From the NCBI GenBank assembly GCA_964106645.2, contig OZ067042.1: a stretch of DNA of 64,000 bases; one strand, 5' to 3'. A program made the position numbers and the translations under genes. Shown one piece after another: positions 23,177-38,060 of the stretch (the first letter of the stretch is position 1; the number at the start of each line of letters is the position of its first letter). The notes under the pieces were generated by a model. It saw nothing but the letters and a program-made list of their open reading frames with translations, was not told where the DNA came from and did no database searches. This DNA is from Podarcis pityusensis. Its lineage: Eukaryota.

Positions 23177-26100
23177 CTAATTCTACCCCACTTACGCTTT
23201 TTGGATTGTAGCCAACCAAGTTGCCTGGTTTGTGCAAGAACTTCCATTTGCAGAATGGAACTCCCTCTCCTCTCCCTCTCCCCTCCTCCTCTTTCCACTC
23301 ATCCCTTGCCCCCAGAATCTGCTCTGGGGGTTGGGGAAAACCCCAGATCAGATGGGGGGCACGCAGAGGGAGGAGAGGGAAAGGAAGTTCCACTGTGCAA
23401 GAGGATGCCTTGCATGAATATGAACATTGTTGGATACAACCTTTTGTTTTGGGTAACATTCTACCAGATGAACCTCCTTGCGTATAGTAATAGAAAGGCA
23501 GTATACAAATTAAAAGTGAAATGAAGAGTTATAGAAGATTGGACACAGCTACAAGTGCAGAAAACTCACTCCTGCTTTCTGCAAAATGAAACAGAGAAAC
23601 AGTCCCTTTTTCTTTAATGCAACAATGCAATACTTTCTAGTGAAAATCTGTTCGTTATTTTGCATATTTTAAAAACATTAGGCAATGATAACCCTTTTAA
23701 AGACAATGTATTCAGGAGGTCCCACCCCAATGACTCGATGATAAAACAAGGCTTAACTACCAGATACATAAGTCATCATATAAAAATAGTTTCAAATAAT
23801 ATTATATCAACATTCTACAGTTCAGCAGTCTGCAGCTACAAAGTAAACGGAGCCACTGTGGTTCATAGCTTAGATACAAGTAAAAGAAGATCCAACAGAT
23901 AACCGGGGAATTAAACTCTGAGTTCAGACTGACTGGAAGGCCTTAGCCAAGTCATCATGTCCTTGGCTCAGTTCCACAGAATGAGAATAAAATTGTTACT
24001 TTACAGTGTTTCAGCTCGGCTTTAACATTTAAGCCTCGAATAGCTCCAATAATCCCCCACCAGAAACCTAGACTAAACCTAATTTTGAAAGGAATGAGGC
24101 TAATATACAGTTCTAAATTGAGGGGGGTTATAACTTCTGATTTAGCTAGAGGAAAAAGCAGTTTATAAGTGTAACCACTATGTGTGGTTGGTTCAAAAAT
24201 AAGAATGGGAGTATCCCTTCTCTTCCTTGCATAAATAAAGGTCTGTGCAAAGCTGAAACGTGCAGACGTGTGCATATCTTAATGCTTTCTAGCTACGTTT
24301 TTTTTTTTTAAAAATCTAGTTATGCCTGAACCAGACCACTTTGGCTTACAAACAAGGCAAGAAGAAATAGATTGTTTGAAGGTCAAGCTACACATTACAC
24401 TTAATGGTTAGCATGTAGCTATATCTCTGCTCTTTTATTACTTCATTATAGGTGAGGCCCAATTGCTAACAGGGTCACAATACATGGGATGGGGAGGCTA
24501 ACCTCATTCTCTCTCCAGCCATGAGCCTCCCTGAAAACAGTCCCACTCAGGCACAGCTGTAAAAGTTAGAAAAAGAATGTCACTGGCACCATTTAATTAC
24601 ATCCACTTGTAAATATATCTCCTGTGACTCTGAGATATTGAACTACCTCTACACATGGCAAAGCAGTGTTCTCCTCTTGCTTCCATCACCCACTTAAATT
24701 TTTAAAAAGCATGTGGTGGGGAGTTAATATTTGATTGATGAACTAAAGATTCACAATGTGGTTTACAGTGATAAACATTAAACAAATAACCATTCGGTTA
24801 TTGAAACCAACTTTTGTAAAACCCAGAAAACCATTTTTTAATTTTAAAAAAAGAAAAGAATTGCTGCCGCAGAAAAGAGAGAAAAGGCCTCTGTTTTAGC
24901 TCAAGGGGAGTCAGCGTTTAAAGAGTAAATCAGAACCCTGAGAAATTTGGACACTATCCAAGTGACAGTTTCCACCCAAGTATTCATTCCTAAATTTAAT
25001 ACAGAAATACATGGGGATGTGGGAGGGGGTGCTTGTTGAGGTAAAGGATAGCCTGAAAAACACCACTGAATTCATATGGGAAACACATGTGTTACCAACT
25101 TCATGTTACTGGCACCCATGTGAAAGAGTAACATGTACTATCTTCTATGAAGAATATTTGTAATCCTACCTGCAGGAACACTGATGGGCTTTGTTTTGTT
25201 GGGGGGGGGGGTTGCGAAGCAAGCTGCAGCAGCATTTTGCTCTCCCAAACCTAAAAGCTTGCTCAAAGTTTTTACTTCCAGAAAACAAATTGGTCCAGTT
25301 AAGTTATCACCTTGTCTTGCTTTATGTTCTTTCACCCCTAAAGGCAGCAGCTTCAGATGGTGGATATTAATCTTTGATCCTTTGAGGTATCTTTTCAAAA
25401 AGTGTTTAATCAGTAATGACCAAAGCTGTGTCACCTTAAGGTGGCTATGTTTAAAAATAAATAGAGATCTGTCCCAGGCATCAAGATTCATTATCTCCAT
25501 CCTGAAAAATTTAGGTAGAAAGCCAGCTTGGTGTGTAGGGGATAGAGTCTTCAGTTTGGACTTCAACTGCATTAAAATCCTCCCATAGTCTTGAAGCATC
25601 TAGGTGGCTTCTGCCAAGTCACACTGGTCCTCAACGTAAGGTTACCAAATTTTTTCCAATGACTCCTGGGACACTTTTCAACTTCAATAGGAATGATAGG
25701 ATTTTGTCAGGGGACTGATTTGTAAATCCGGGGACTGTCCCCAGGAAACGTGGCTCCACGTCATCTACCCATTAGGGCTATTGCAAGAATAAAATGGAGA
25801 AAACTAATATATCAAAATACAGTTGTAAGTCACCAAAGATCTTAGTTGTTTACTTCTACCTGCTGCCAGGAATCTAGAGAAACTTTTATATCTCTGACAC
25901 AGTATTATATAGTAGTGTAGGGGAACAACAACAAAACCCACTTCATGTACTCCCAAAGTTGTACTCAGTGGGAAGAAACCCATGAACAACTTCCTTGTTC
26001 AGAGATAATGATTACAAAACCTTAATTGGGTAAAAGGTAATATAACAGCCGAAATTAAAGCTCAGATGAGCAGCTGTATCGCAGAAAACCACCACAACGA

Positions 26101-27846
26101 AGGTTCCTGTGTCGGCCTATAATTTGGACATCATGAATCATAATTAAAATGTAAAGTCCCCAATATAATGAATACATAGCTAATTTAGCATGCTTATATT
26201 TAACACACAGGCTTTTATCACTGTCTCCTATTGTTATTAAAACATGTACACCAGCAAAGAGCTGGCACTGTTGCTTTCTTCAGCTCCCCACGCCCACCCT
26301 CAAAAAAACCCAACTTCAAGCTTCCAGAGTTATAATATCCCACCTAGGTTTTTACTGGAAATGATTATGGGCTAGGTAGGATGAACAACTTCTGCTAAAT
26401 AGTCTCACTGTTATATTATTTCCAACGCTCATTATTTAAAACCCAAATTAAAAAATGGGGACAGAAACTTTTGCTCCTTTCAAAGGTGGTTGCTATTCTT
26501 CACATAAAACAGCTTAAAAGCACTTTTGGAATGTAAGTCGTGTTGAAATTAATAACCAATAATGAATGTAGGCACTGGTGTAGTGGAGATGGCAAAATTC
26601 TGAGACTTCAGAGCAGGAGTGATGGTGACATGTGTTGGAATGCCAGGAAATCTAATAGGCCTTCCTTGCTCTGGCAACTGGACTCATTTGGGGAGGGTGG
26701 CAGGACAAAAAATTAACAAATAAACAAACAAACCGACTGACTGAGATAGAAATGAGGCTTTCAAGTTTTAGTATTGCTTGTGACAGACACAAACAGATTC
26801 TGCCCTTAGCCTACATCCAGTGATAGGCAATTATAGTGATGGAGGTAATTATACACTGTTTTGTTTATGGTTTTTTTAGGATACCCAAATATGTGGAAAG
26901 AGCCCTCTGACCCTGAAAATTACACATCAGTTATAACTGATGTGTTCAAATGGGTATCCTAAATGGATTCAAACTGGGATTGGGATACTTGAATGACCAG
27001 CTTCTGCCTTATGAGCCTGCCAGAATGTGGTGTTCCACTGGAGAGGACTCTCTTTCTCATGACACCAACACCAAGGCTGCATTCAGACTTGGAATGCTCC
27101 CTTGGGAGAAGCTTGCCTTTTTGTTGATTCTTGTTGTTGCTGCCAGTCAAAACCCACTTTGTTTACTGTTTTTTATCATCTATAAAGGCATAAGAGCTCT
27201 CTCCGCTATGATTTAGCTTGCTGCTGCTTAATAGATGAATAAAAAAATACTCTGTTGACTGTTGCTATTTTTTGAATTTTTGGTACATGGATGGACAGAC
27301 AGACAGACAGATTCTTTGGGGATTGTGTTTATTATTGTCATTGTTGCTTTGCTAGCATTTTCAAGGAAAAAGCCAGATAAAAGTATTTATAATAAAGGAA
27401 TAAATGTGTGTTTAAGACTGTGCATTGTTAATATGTAAATAGAATGAGGGTAAGGTCTATTTTCTTAGAAGACACACGGAATAATGGGAATATGTCTGTG
27501 TAAATGAAGCAGATTATCTGGACTTTATGCATCCGCATTTATGAAGAAAAGCCTGTGCTGATGGATCTCAAACCAGGCCAGAGGGGTTGCTGAACTGAAT
27601 TGTTAGAGGCAGGTTTTTGCCACATGTGAAATGCCATTTATTTTGCTTACTAGTCTGATCATCATTTTAATATATCTATATAAACATTTCAGAGGCTTTC
27701 ATAAAAATAGTTACATATGCTAAAAATTCAGAGCTGGCATGCTGAAAATTAAATTTTAGTATGAAATACCCATTGTCATCCACTGAAAAAATGTTTATCA
27801 GCCATGTAACATTGAGATGTTTCATTTTTAATTCAATCTAAAAAAA

Positions 27847-28097
27847 NNNNNNNNNNNNNNNNNNNNNNNNNNNNNNNNNNNNNNNNNNNNNNNNNNNNNN
27901 NNNNNNNNNNNNNNNNNNNNNNNNNNNNNNNNNNNNNNNNNNNNNNNNNNNNNNNNNNNNNNNNNNNNNNNNNNNNNNNNNNNNNNNNNNNNNNNNNNNN
28001 NNNNNNNNNNNNNNNNNNNNNNNNNNNNNNNNNNNNNNNNNNNNNNNNNNNNNNNNNNNNNNNNNNNNNNNNNNNNNNNNNNNNNNNNNNNNNNNNN
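27847..28097. other. N run (251 nt)
   Basis: Run of n. Confidence 0.99.
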
Positions 28098-29479
28098 ATC
28101 CAAGTAAGGAAAATAAAATGATGCACAATCAGTTGGGGGAAAAGAAAACTTAAAAACTTTGAAGTACAACATGCAATTTAAAGATGCTTTGTTTTTCTTT
28201 GGGAGGTTTCTGCTAAAGCAGAAACACTTCTAAATTTAGATCCTAGCGGCATCACTCACTCACTCCACAATATAGTTTCCTTCCTTCCTATAAGCAATTT
28301 TAAAGTCATTAAACTTGAGCTGCTGCCACAAAGGATTTCATTAAAAACAACTTCTTTATTGCATTACTTCCCGCTATAAAGCTGCATATTCCTAGCTTTT
28401 ACACAAGGACGGGACAAGTCACATTACTTATACTGCAATTCTTTAAGAGCATACCGGTCACTTTGAGAAATCTGAGTCAAACAATGCTAGGTCAAAGGTT
28501 AGTTGACTTGTGCTGTCCAATAGGGCAGGAGCAGATCAATACAGTTTCTAATGCTTCATTGTCGCATGGAAACTGGCTGCTGCATTCTAAAAATAGATGA
28601 CAATACTTAAATAAAAATGTGCTTTCCTCTTATGGGATCATTCACAAAGGAAGGGAAAAATTGCAGTTTAATGTGATACAATCCAGGTGACTGGAAAAGT
28701 CTATTGAAAAGCAAAGGAAAAAACAGAATTTGTAAAGTATTGTTCACTAAACAAGGCATAAATGTGGATTATTATTTTTTTGTTTTTACGGTCTGTCAAC
28801 AAGTTTGTAAGAACCATTCCAATTCCAAATAATGTTAACAAGAGCCTCTTCATCAGATGCCTGCTATGTTTTCCTGGGTTACGCTGTTTGGTGGATGTAT
28901 GGGTTGGAATTGTGATAATTACATAATTAACAGTGGAAATTCACAAAAAAACCAACAATGTTGCAACTGTTTTGTGAATTGCCACTGTCAATTATGTAAT
29001 TATCACTGTAGTTTTCTGCATTTCTTTCTGCCTCATTGTCTACAATTCCCCCCAACATCGTGGCAAATGATATCAAAAGCTATTGAGAAATGCAGGAGGA
29101 TCATCAAGGCTGTGCTTCTTCTGTCACTTTCCTGGCAAAGGTCATCCATCAGGCTGACCAAGACTGATTTGGTTCCAAAACTAGGTCAGAGCCTAGGCTG
29201 GAAACCCAATAATCTGCTTCCTCCAAGTGTTACCTGGAGCTAAACAGCAACCAGCACTTTCTCCAAAAAAGGGGGGAGAGAGCCTTTTCAGTTGTAGCTC
29301 CCCATCTGTGGAGCATTTTCCCCACTGACATCCTCCTAGTGCCTTCACCGGTATCATTTCAGCACCAGTTCAGATTTTACCTTTCCCCCCTAGGGTTATG
29401 GTAGATTAAGAGGGGGATTGTTTGCCATAGTGAGCCGTCATTGCACCTCTTTGGGAATGAAATCCACAGCCTATGCACT

Positions 29480-29900
29480 ACCTATAAGACAGCTATGCCT
29501 TGTACCTCTATCCCAGGTGGCAGAGGGATGCAAAGGAAGCTCTCCCTTCAAGATGAACTTGGAGGTAAGTTCATATGGGAGGAGACTGCCTTTACACAAC
29601 CTGGTCCCAAACAGTTTAGGGCTTTGAAACACATGACCTGCACCATGGTCCCGGAAACAATCTGGGAGGAAATCAAGCTGGTATGATGATAGTGTTATAT
29701 GATCTGAAAACTGGATTGCCATCAGCAACTTAAGTACCACATTTTGCAACAGGTGAAATTTCTGCACATTTTCAAAAGACGGTCCACTACAAACCAAGTT
29801 ATAATAACCTAATCCAGATGTAGCCAAAGCATATGGATATGTGCTAAGATCCACCTTTCCTATGAAAGGCTGTAGCTGGTACACCAACCAAGATTGTAAA
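29480..29900 (-). mobile_element. Degraded L2 ORF2 fragment
   Basis: Minus ORF ...ALATSGLGYYNLVCSG..VQKFHLLQNVVLKLL..DHITLSSYQLDFLP resembles the L2 C-terminal region. Confidence 0.65.
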
Positions 29901-31366
29901 AATGCTCCTGGTCACCCAAGAATGATTGGAATGCTATCCATCAGACTATATCGAGATTGTAGTGCTTCCTCCACATGACAAGTTGTTTATTGTTGATTCT
30001 AGAATTCTATCACTATTTTTAAAAATTACAAATTTTGCTTTGCATTTCCCCTTAAGACTCAATTTTTGCAAGCAGTTGTAAATCCAATCTAATTTACTAC
30101 AAAATACTTTCAAGTATAACCTGGAAATTGTAGTGCAACACCAAAATATATGCAGAGAGAAAAATGGGGGAAGGGGACTAAAACCACAGCTACTTTAATA
30201 GCTATAATGTTTTGGGACATGTGAGCACTTCAGGCAAACAATAGTTCATCTGGGCTGAAATAGTATTCAGCCATCTGGAGTCCAGCTAAAGCTTGTGAAG
30301 CAGCTCCATTCTGCCTACACAGTCTTAACTTACAAGCTATGAAATCATAATAATTTGTTCATTTTATAGCCACCCCAGAAATGTTACCTATTGCAAAAAT
30401 AAAAGCAACTTTGGTATGGTTTGGTTGTTTTGTTTTTGAAATTGATAATGCTTTACTGGGTAAATATGATTGGTTTCCCTTCCCATTGTTATAAGTCTGC
30501 AAATGATAAGCAAATAACGGCTTTTTTATATACTTTGCTTTGATGTTTCCTTTACAATGAAATTAATGTAAGCTATGCATATAGTTATGTAACTCACAGT
30601 AAATGGTGGACAGCAAACTTTGGCAGAAACTGAAATACAGCAAAACAGAATCAATGCTGATTGTGACAAATATAGGTTAGAATAGAAATTGTTGCCTTCT
30701 TACAGCCCTAAACAGACTGTATCTGAATGTTCTTAGTTTTATCTCCCCCATTTCTTCTTCCTTTTATGCCATGTTTACTGGATTATACAACAGTGCGGCA
30801 GCAACTCTGTCTCCTTCACTTAGTAGCATTTAAAGCCCTTAAAAAACAATATAATATTTGCTATAATATTAGTAACAACTGCTACTACAACTACAATTTA
30901 TTTCACTGCCTTCTACTCCCACTTATGAAAGTTTGTTCCAAGAAAGTTTGAGATCCTCTGCTTTTAACAGCAACACCATTTATCTATCTATTTATACCTG
31001 CAAGAGCTGTAAAACCAAAGTTCCTTGTTCTAATAGCATAAATTAAGTTTAACCAATTCAGACTTGAGTGAAACCTTTATTCCACTGAGGCGATTTATTT
31101 ATGATGAGAGGAAGAAGTTGAATCAAAACACCCATCCCACAGTCACATTGTAGGAGAAAAACATCGGAGTCATTGAGTGTACCCATGAACACACAGTGCA
31201 CAAGATTAGGGTCATGCCTGCTGCACTGCTCTCAGCCTCCATTCATTAGAAACCAGTTTCTGTGCCCAACTCAAAGATGTGCGATCGGTACCCTGCAAAT
31301 ATGGATTGTACTGTAGGCCCCTGTGCAAACCAGATCTTGAACACACTGGAAGCAGAAGCAATGCAG

Positions 31367-31368
<2 letters not shown>

Positions 31369-31413
<45 letters not shown>
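31369..31413. repeat. (AC)n microsatellite
   Basis: Uninterrupted ac run. Confidence 0.95.
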
Positions 31414-31416
<3 letters not shown>

Positions 31417-33234
31417 CCTATACAGGGCAACAGAAGCAAATTGTATCACTTCTGACCACCTGAGCAGAAGGTTACTGTTACTGCTGGAAGCTACTACTAC
31501 AGTTTGCTTTTGCTATTTATAATTTTCTACCTTAGCTGACAAAGGTTAACTATAAAAGACTTTCCCCTGCTCGGTTTAACTGTAATGAAAGCAGACTTAA
31601 TAGAACACCAGGACATAAAGTGATGACACAAATATCAAATCTTCCTAATAATAAGACTCTTCCTAGTTACTCGGATCAATAAGCTTCCAGTGCTAACGAA
31701 AAAAACCCCAGACACTTCAGCACAAAGTAAAATAAAATTTGTCTTATGAAAGACCTGCTTCCAGAAGTTAATTTGAAGAGACTGACTTCTTGAAGCAGAT
31801 ACCATTGCTTGTGTTGCTACAAAACCAATGGATTCTGCACAGTTCTGTTAACCATCAGCAATTATCTTCCTGTCAGAGCTAAAGGTAACAAATTTCCCCA
31901 TATCCAGCAAGGCTATATCATCAACCGGACACCGGCATCATTTGACGGAAACTAAATCACTACACCAGCCAACAGCTCTGACAGACAAATGTGCTGCCTC
32001 GGAAAATCTAGGCCTATCACTCGGGCAGTGAGGTGGGGGTGGGGGAGTAAGGGTTCTCTCAGCTTTCTGAGAAGAGATTAAATGTTGTAGATTCTGTAAG
32101 TACAGTACAGAGGAAAATCCTAAATATGAGAATTATTAATGGACTTTAGACTGGTCTTTTTAATCTGTTGCCAGCACATGCTCATCTATTTTACCTTGAT
32201 CTGCCTTGTTTCCTGATGGACAGAAAAGGCAGGAACTGTTCATTATCCTAGCCTTAATCAGAGCCAGCAGTGGAAGAACAATGTAACCCTACCTATCATA
32301 TGGAGAGCATTTTAGCACTCACTGTTCTTTTATAATGAAGATTGCGTAATAAAAGATACCGCTAATATGTCCTGTCCTTATACCAGACAATAACATCCAG
32401 TTCACAGTATGCTACATAATGGGGATATCAGTTTCTAACCTGCTCAAAAACCAAATAAAGCATTATCACATTGCAACTGTAGCTGGGCTGGAATTTCCTG
32501 TTAAGCTGTGGTTAGAGCATACATTCCCTCTTCACAGAAAGAGGGGGAAAGACACGCACACAGAGAGAGAGAAAGAAAGAGAGAGAGAGAAATATAGTAC
32601 AATGGATCAGCCTATAACAACAAACCTACTAACTGCAGACTTCATTTTTTGATAGACAAAATATTAAAGGTAAGTTACATGAGAATCTTTGCAAACGGCA
32701 AATGATTACTAAACCAGAAGCAAATTAAAACGGCTCTTAATTGGCATGCTAGTAAGCAGTGTGATTTCCCCTTTGATATCACATTAATCATAGACACCAT
32801 TCTACGTGGGTGGAAAATCTTGGGAAAAAAGATCGGATGGCTACTAAGATTGATAGTGAGATATGTAGCCTCACCACTTTAGGTCACTGGCTCAGATCTG
32901 GAACAAGGTAAATAGTCAGTTCAAGTTATTTCTGTTGAACAACTGACCAGTGATCTCAGTGAAATGAGATACTACTAGATTAAGAGCTGGTTTGACATCT
33001 CTTTTTATAGGCATATATCTTAGCCCCTGTCAAGATTCAGGTAAGGAAGATGTTTAGTTGCATGTGTGAATATTTCATTTCCTACCAGTGACCCTAAATT
33101 AAGGGTAGCAGGTGTATATAACCAAAATCTACTTGCCAAACATTTTTTTTTATTTTTTATTTATAGAATAACAAACAGTTTCTAACCACAATGTACTCCC
33201 AAAGCAAAACATAAAACACAAACATAAAAACATA

Positions 33235-34050
33235 AGGCCAATGGCCCATCTAGTCCAGGAATCTGCTCAAGGGATGCATGTGGAAACCTGCAAGCAGAAA
33301 ATATGCACAAGAGAGCTCTCCCCTCCCATGATTTCCAGTAACTGGAAACATTGCTCCTTCCAACTGTGGAGGAAGAGCATAGCCATCTTAGCTAGTAACC
33401 ATTGAGAGCTCTCTCCTCCAGGAATTTGTCTAATCCTCTTTTAAAGCCATCCATGTTGGTGGACCCATCACTGCCTCCTGGGGGAGCAACTTCCATCGTT
33501 TAACTATGTGCTATGGACGCAGGTGGCGCTGTGGGTTAAACCACAGAACCTAGGACTTGCCGATCAGAAGGTCGGCGGTTCGAATCCCCGCGACGGGGTG
33601 AGCTCCCGTTGCTCGGTCCCTGCTCCTGCCAACCTAGCAGTTTGAAAGCACATCAAAGTGCAAGTAGATAAATAGGTACCGCTCCGGCGGGAAGGTAAAC
33701 GGCGTTTCCGTGCGCTGCTCTGGTTTGCCAGAAGCGGCTTAGTCATGCTGGCCACATGACCTGGAAGCTGTACGCCGGCTCCCTCGGCCAATAAAGCGAG
33801 ATGAGCGCCGCAACCCCAGAGTCGGTCACGACTGGACCTAAAGGTCAGAGGTCCCTTTACCTTTACCTTTTATGTGAAGAAGTACTTCATTTCATCCGTC
33901 CTGAATTTTCCAATATTCAGCTTCATTGGATGTCCATGAGTACCACTGTGAGAGATGGAGAAAAAATCTCCCCTATCCCCTTTCCCAAAGCCAAGCATAA
34001 TTTTCTAAACTTCTATCTACAGTATCCTTTTTGAGGTGAAGCAACCAGAA
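33235..34050 (-). mobile_element. CR1 LINE 3' fragment, split by a Sauria SINE
   Basis: ggcccatctagtccag...aatttgtctaatcctcttttaaagccatcc...tgtgaagaagtacttc, continuous across the SINE. Confidence 0.75.
33515..33870 (+). mobile_element. Full-length Sauria SINE (young)
   Basis: tRNA head GGACGCAGGTGGCGCTGTGGGTTAAACC, B-box GGTTCGAATCC, retained CpGs, and (ACCTTT)n tail. Confidence 0.95.
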
Positions 34051-34538
34051 CTGTATTTCTGGAGAAAGTGGGGTACCAGGAAAATGCCAACCTGTGCCCA
34101 GAAAGAGGAGGTCAAAAAGTAAGCCCTAGGAATGTTATTTTATTTTACTTTTTGCCTCAATACGCATCATTACATTAGGTGCCTGTTTGCTTGCTTGCTT
34201 GCTTGAGACAAGGACCATGTGAATGACTGTGTCCACCCTGCTCTTCAAAAGGAGAGCCAAGGGGACATTTCAAGTACTGAGACAACATCTTAGCTTAAGC
34301 CTAGTCATGCACCTGCTTCTGAATTGCTGAGCTGCATAACCTGTAATCTGATCAATGTTTAAACTGTGTAATGACTTTTGGAATAAAGTCTTTGAGGAAT
34401 CATTGAGCAAGGAATCCGAGCACTGTCTCTGAGAGCAGGAAGCAGGACAATGAAGGCTGCAGAGGGCCCCTTCAGTTTTATGGGTAGGATGGGAAGCTGA
34501 GGAGAAAGAAGGACACCAGCCTCTTGTCGTATTCCTTT

Positions 34539-34898
34539 ATAATAATAATAATTTATTATTTATACCCCGCCCATCTGGCTGGGTTTCCCCAGCCACTCTG
34601 GGTGGCTTACAACAAAACACCAAAATACAATAGCCTATTAAACATTAAAAGCTTCCCTAAACAGGGCTGCCTTTAGATGTCTTCTAAAAGTTTGGTAGTT
34701 ATTTTTCTCTTTGACATCTGGTGGGAGGGCATTCCACAGGGTGGGTGCCACTACTGAAAAGGCCCTCTGCCTGGTTCCCTGTAACTTGGCTTCTCGCAGC
34801 GAGGGAACCTCCAGAAGGCCCTCGGTGCTGGACCTCAGTGTCCGGGCAGAACAATGGAGGTGGAGACGCTCCTTCAGGTATACTGGGCCGAGGCCGTT
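34539..34898 (-). mobile_element. L2 LINE 3' fragment
   Basis: (ATA)n tail then tataccccgcccatctggctgg...gcattccacagggtgggtgccactactgaaaaggccc, the antisense of an L2 C-terminus. Confidence 0.85.
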
Positions 34899-37117
34899 TC
34901 TATTCCATCCCTTCTTCTTAAACTTTCTATCCTTCCTCCATGGTTATATCCCCCAAGCTCTCATTCTCCCTCTTCTTTTACCCCAATTTCCACTGGCTGA
35001 GGAACAGACTTGGTGGGGGGACGACCTGTCCCCTGTCCCAGAGGAGCTTATCTATTAAGCAACATGACTATTTATTTATGTATACCCTATGCCAGATTCT
35101 GTGTCTTGGTCACTTTGAAGTGTACAATAACCATAAACCAGGAAAAACACCAACAAGGGGGGTGGAGGGGAGAGGAAGGAGCACCAGGCGCTTGAAGAAA
35201 GGTAAGAGCTACTGTAGTGGTTGATGTACTTGATGAAACCTGAAGGAGGATTATTCCAAAACATGCGCCAGAAATATAATAAGTAATTAATAAAGGAAAC
35301 AATGGCTTCAACTGCGCAAGGTAAAAATAGCACAAGTTAAGTGTGCCTAAGATGTGATCGTACTGTATCGCCAAAATGAAATTGTTCGTTATCCATTGGT
35401 AGGAGGTCTGCACACTGCAGACTTCAAACTGCCTACATATCTAATCCAGTCCCACAGAGGGACTTGTGGCTGTTTTTGAAAGGGACTTTGCATACAGTTA
35501 AAAGCAAGTGATAAATATTTTGCACATTTGACCCATCAGTAAATCAAAATGTTTATTGTATGCTGAAAAACAACCCATACCCCCCTTTCCTACTTTGCCA
35601 GAGTACAGCAACTGAAACATGCTGTCCTAATTTTCCCCCCTTTCATAAATTATTTTTTTCACAAGCAACCGAATGTGTTTTATAACACCCAATATCAGCC
35701 ACAGAAAGCGGCTGCTATGATAGTTCATAACTGGTCAGGTGGGTTACTAGCTGCCTTTAACTTCCAATAAGCAGCTAACTAACAAACCATCCATTACTTA
35801 CTTCAGAGAGATTAGAGGTTAAGCATAAACTTGATTACATGCTATAACTGTGAGTAATTTGAAATGTTATTGGTTATTACAGAAATATACGGTAATAATT
35901 TCCTCTTTAATGAAAGGCAGCATGTTTTTAGTGGCCCCTAGTTTCTTGTTTAGGCTTTAGGAAGGCGATCGGTGTATGATTAACAGCTACTTTTGCATGA
36001 TAGGCATCTGGGATGAGATGGCATAAATGGATGCTCACCACTTAGCTGTATCATAAAAATGCAAAAATACCATCATATTTGTATGATAAACACAAAGTTT
36101 ATAGGCAACACTCTTTCTGCTCTCCTCCAAACTGCTCATAGCTCAGTAGGTGCTCTAGTTTTTGCTTGCCTGAAAGAAAACCACACATTTCGAAAGATTC
36201 AAATGTCTAACCCAAGTTATGTTTACACTGAATTTAAACTCACTGGTTGCAAGCCAAGAGATGTGCTTCCCCATTCTACAAAATGCTCTTTCAAGGGTGG
36301 GGGGAGAGTACAGGGGCACACCCAAGCCTGCCTGGAGGTCTTACACAACCTAGCCTTCTAGTATCAGAAATGAGTGACCTGAGTATTGAATCAGTAGCTC
36401 ATGTGCTTCCATCTTGCACTCTTTATTACCCCTCTACCACTATCCAGACCAGGTCGCTCAACCATTGCTACTGTGCCGTTTCTTCTAGCAGATCAAGATA
36501 ATCAGGTGACAGCAAAAACTGCAAAAAAAAAATTAGCAGGGGCAACTAGAATAAGATCTATTATTTGATTATTGATGAAAACCTCCAGAATGTATTTTGT
36601 ATGGTTAAGTTTTTACCTCTATCTTCAGTACATTTTATTTTATTGCTATGGCTGCTGGCTGATGCAAATAAAGATTCTTCTGATTCTGAATCTGAATGTG
36701 TGGCCTGTCTGTGGCTTTATAAATACAAAGGCTGTTTTTAGATATGTGGAATAGTAAGCACACAGAAACTGAGCGCCCTATTTCTATTTTGCAAAGCTAT
36801 ATCTGAAGCCACTCTTAATGCTGAGGGAAAGGCACTGTGCATTTACGCAGGGGCTTTCTCTTTTAGTAGCAGTTGCGCATTCCAATAGTCCCACTGGCTT
36901 GTTCTTTCTATATATTTTTGAGTCAGGAATGACCAACATAAACCAGTTTCTAAGCATGAAACAGACAGTACAATGCCACACGAAGATCACAGCACACCCT
37001 AGTGTTTCCAGATACAGGTATAACTGTATGATGACTTATGGTACGGTACTTGTTCTGTGAAACAAGAAATAGCACTTTGCACACACACAGACGTGCTTTA
37101 TTCTAGCCGTTTCTAGG

Positions 37118-37577
37118 CAAGCTTGTTTCTCCTGCTCTGGAGGCTAGGAGCCAGGAGTGCCAACTTGAATAGAATATGGGGGGGGGAGGTAAGCCCCACC
37201 CCACATAACTGATCTCATGACACAGTGCACACACACCATTTGAATGGCAATGCACTCTCAAATATTTTATTAGGGGAGGGCGAAGGCACCTCGGCCCCTA
37301 GGAGTTGGCTCCTATGCTAGGAGCCAAACCAGTGGCTTCAAGTAACAAGATTCCTGACTGAACACCAGGAAGAACTTTCTGACATTAAGAACTGTTTGAC
37401 AGTGGAACAGACTCCCTCGGGTGGTTGTGGACTCTCCTCCACTGGAGCTTTTAAAGCAGAGGTTGGCTGGCCAACTGTCATGGATGATCTAGTTGAGATT
37501 CCTACATTGCAGAGGGCTGGACTAGAGGACCCCCAGAGTCCCTTCCAACTCTACAAGTCTATGCATCTATGATTCTA
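37118..37577 (+). mobile_element. CR1 LINE 3' fragment
   Basis: ggaagaactttctgac...gtggactctcc...ccttccaactctac...tctatgattcta CR1 tail. Confidence 0.85.
37152..37316. mobile_element. hAT-type MITE inserted in CR1
   Basis: 8-bp TSD CTAGGAGC (37144-37151 / 37317-37324); imperfect TIR CAGGAGTGCCAACT / AGTTGGCTCCTATG. Confidence 0.8.
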
Positions 37578-38060
37578 GAGCCTTGCTTCTGAATTGTGAT
37601 GGGGCAACAAAACAGATGGCCTGTATTTATTAATAACATGGACAAATGACTATGGTATTTTATTCCCTTTCTCTCTAGCACAGCTGTCATTATGGACTGC
37701 AGCAGCTAGGTGACAAAGCATGTATTGTGCATTCATAAAAGCCTTTCACTGAAGAAGCCAATCTTCAGTAAAAAAACAAAAACAAAAAAAACCCACCTCT
37801 GGTTACAAGGGCTGGAAAGAGCCTCTGTTTAAGACATTGGAGACCAAGTGCCAGATACAGCATGGGCAATACTTGCCTTAGAGGGACCCATGGTCTTTAT
37901 TGGCGTAAGGCAGCTACTCATGTTCAGGCATTTATGGACGGTAGTTTCCCATCTGCCAAGGAAGTACATTCATTCATTTCCCACCCTTCCTCCTAAAGGA
38001 GCCCAAGACATCATCAACAAGTGATAAAACAATTAAAACATATTTTGAAAATTCCCAATA

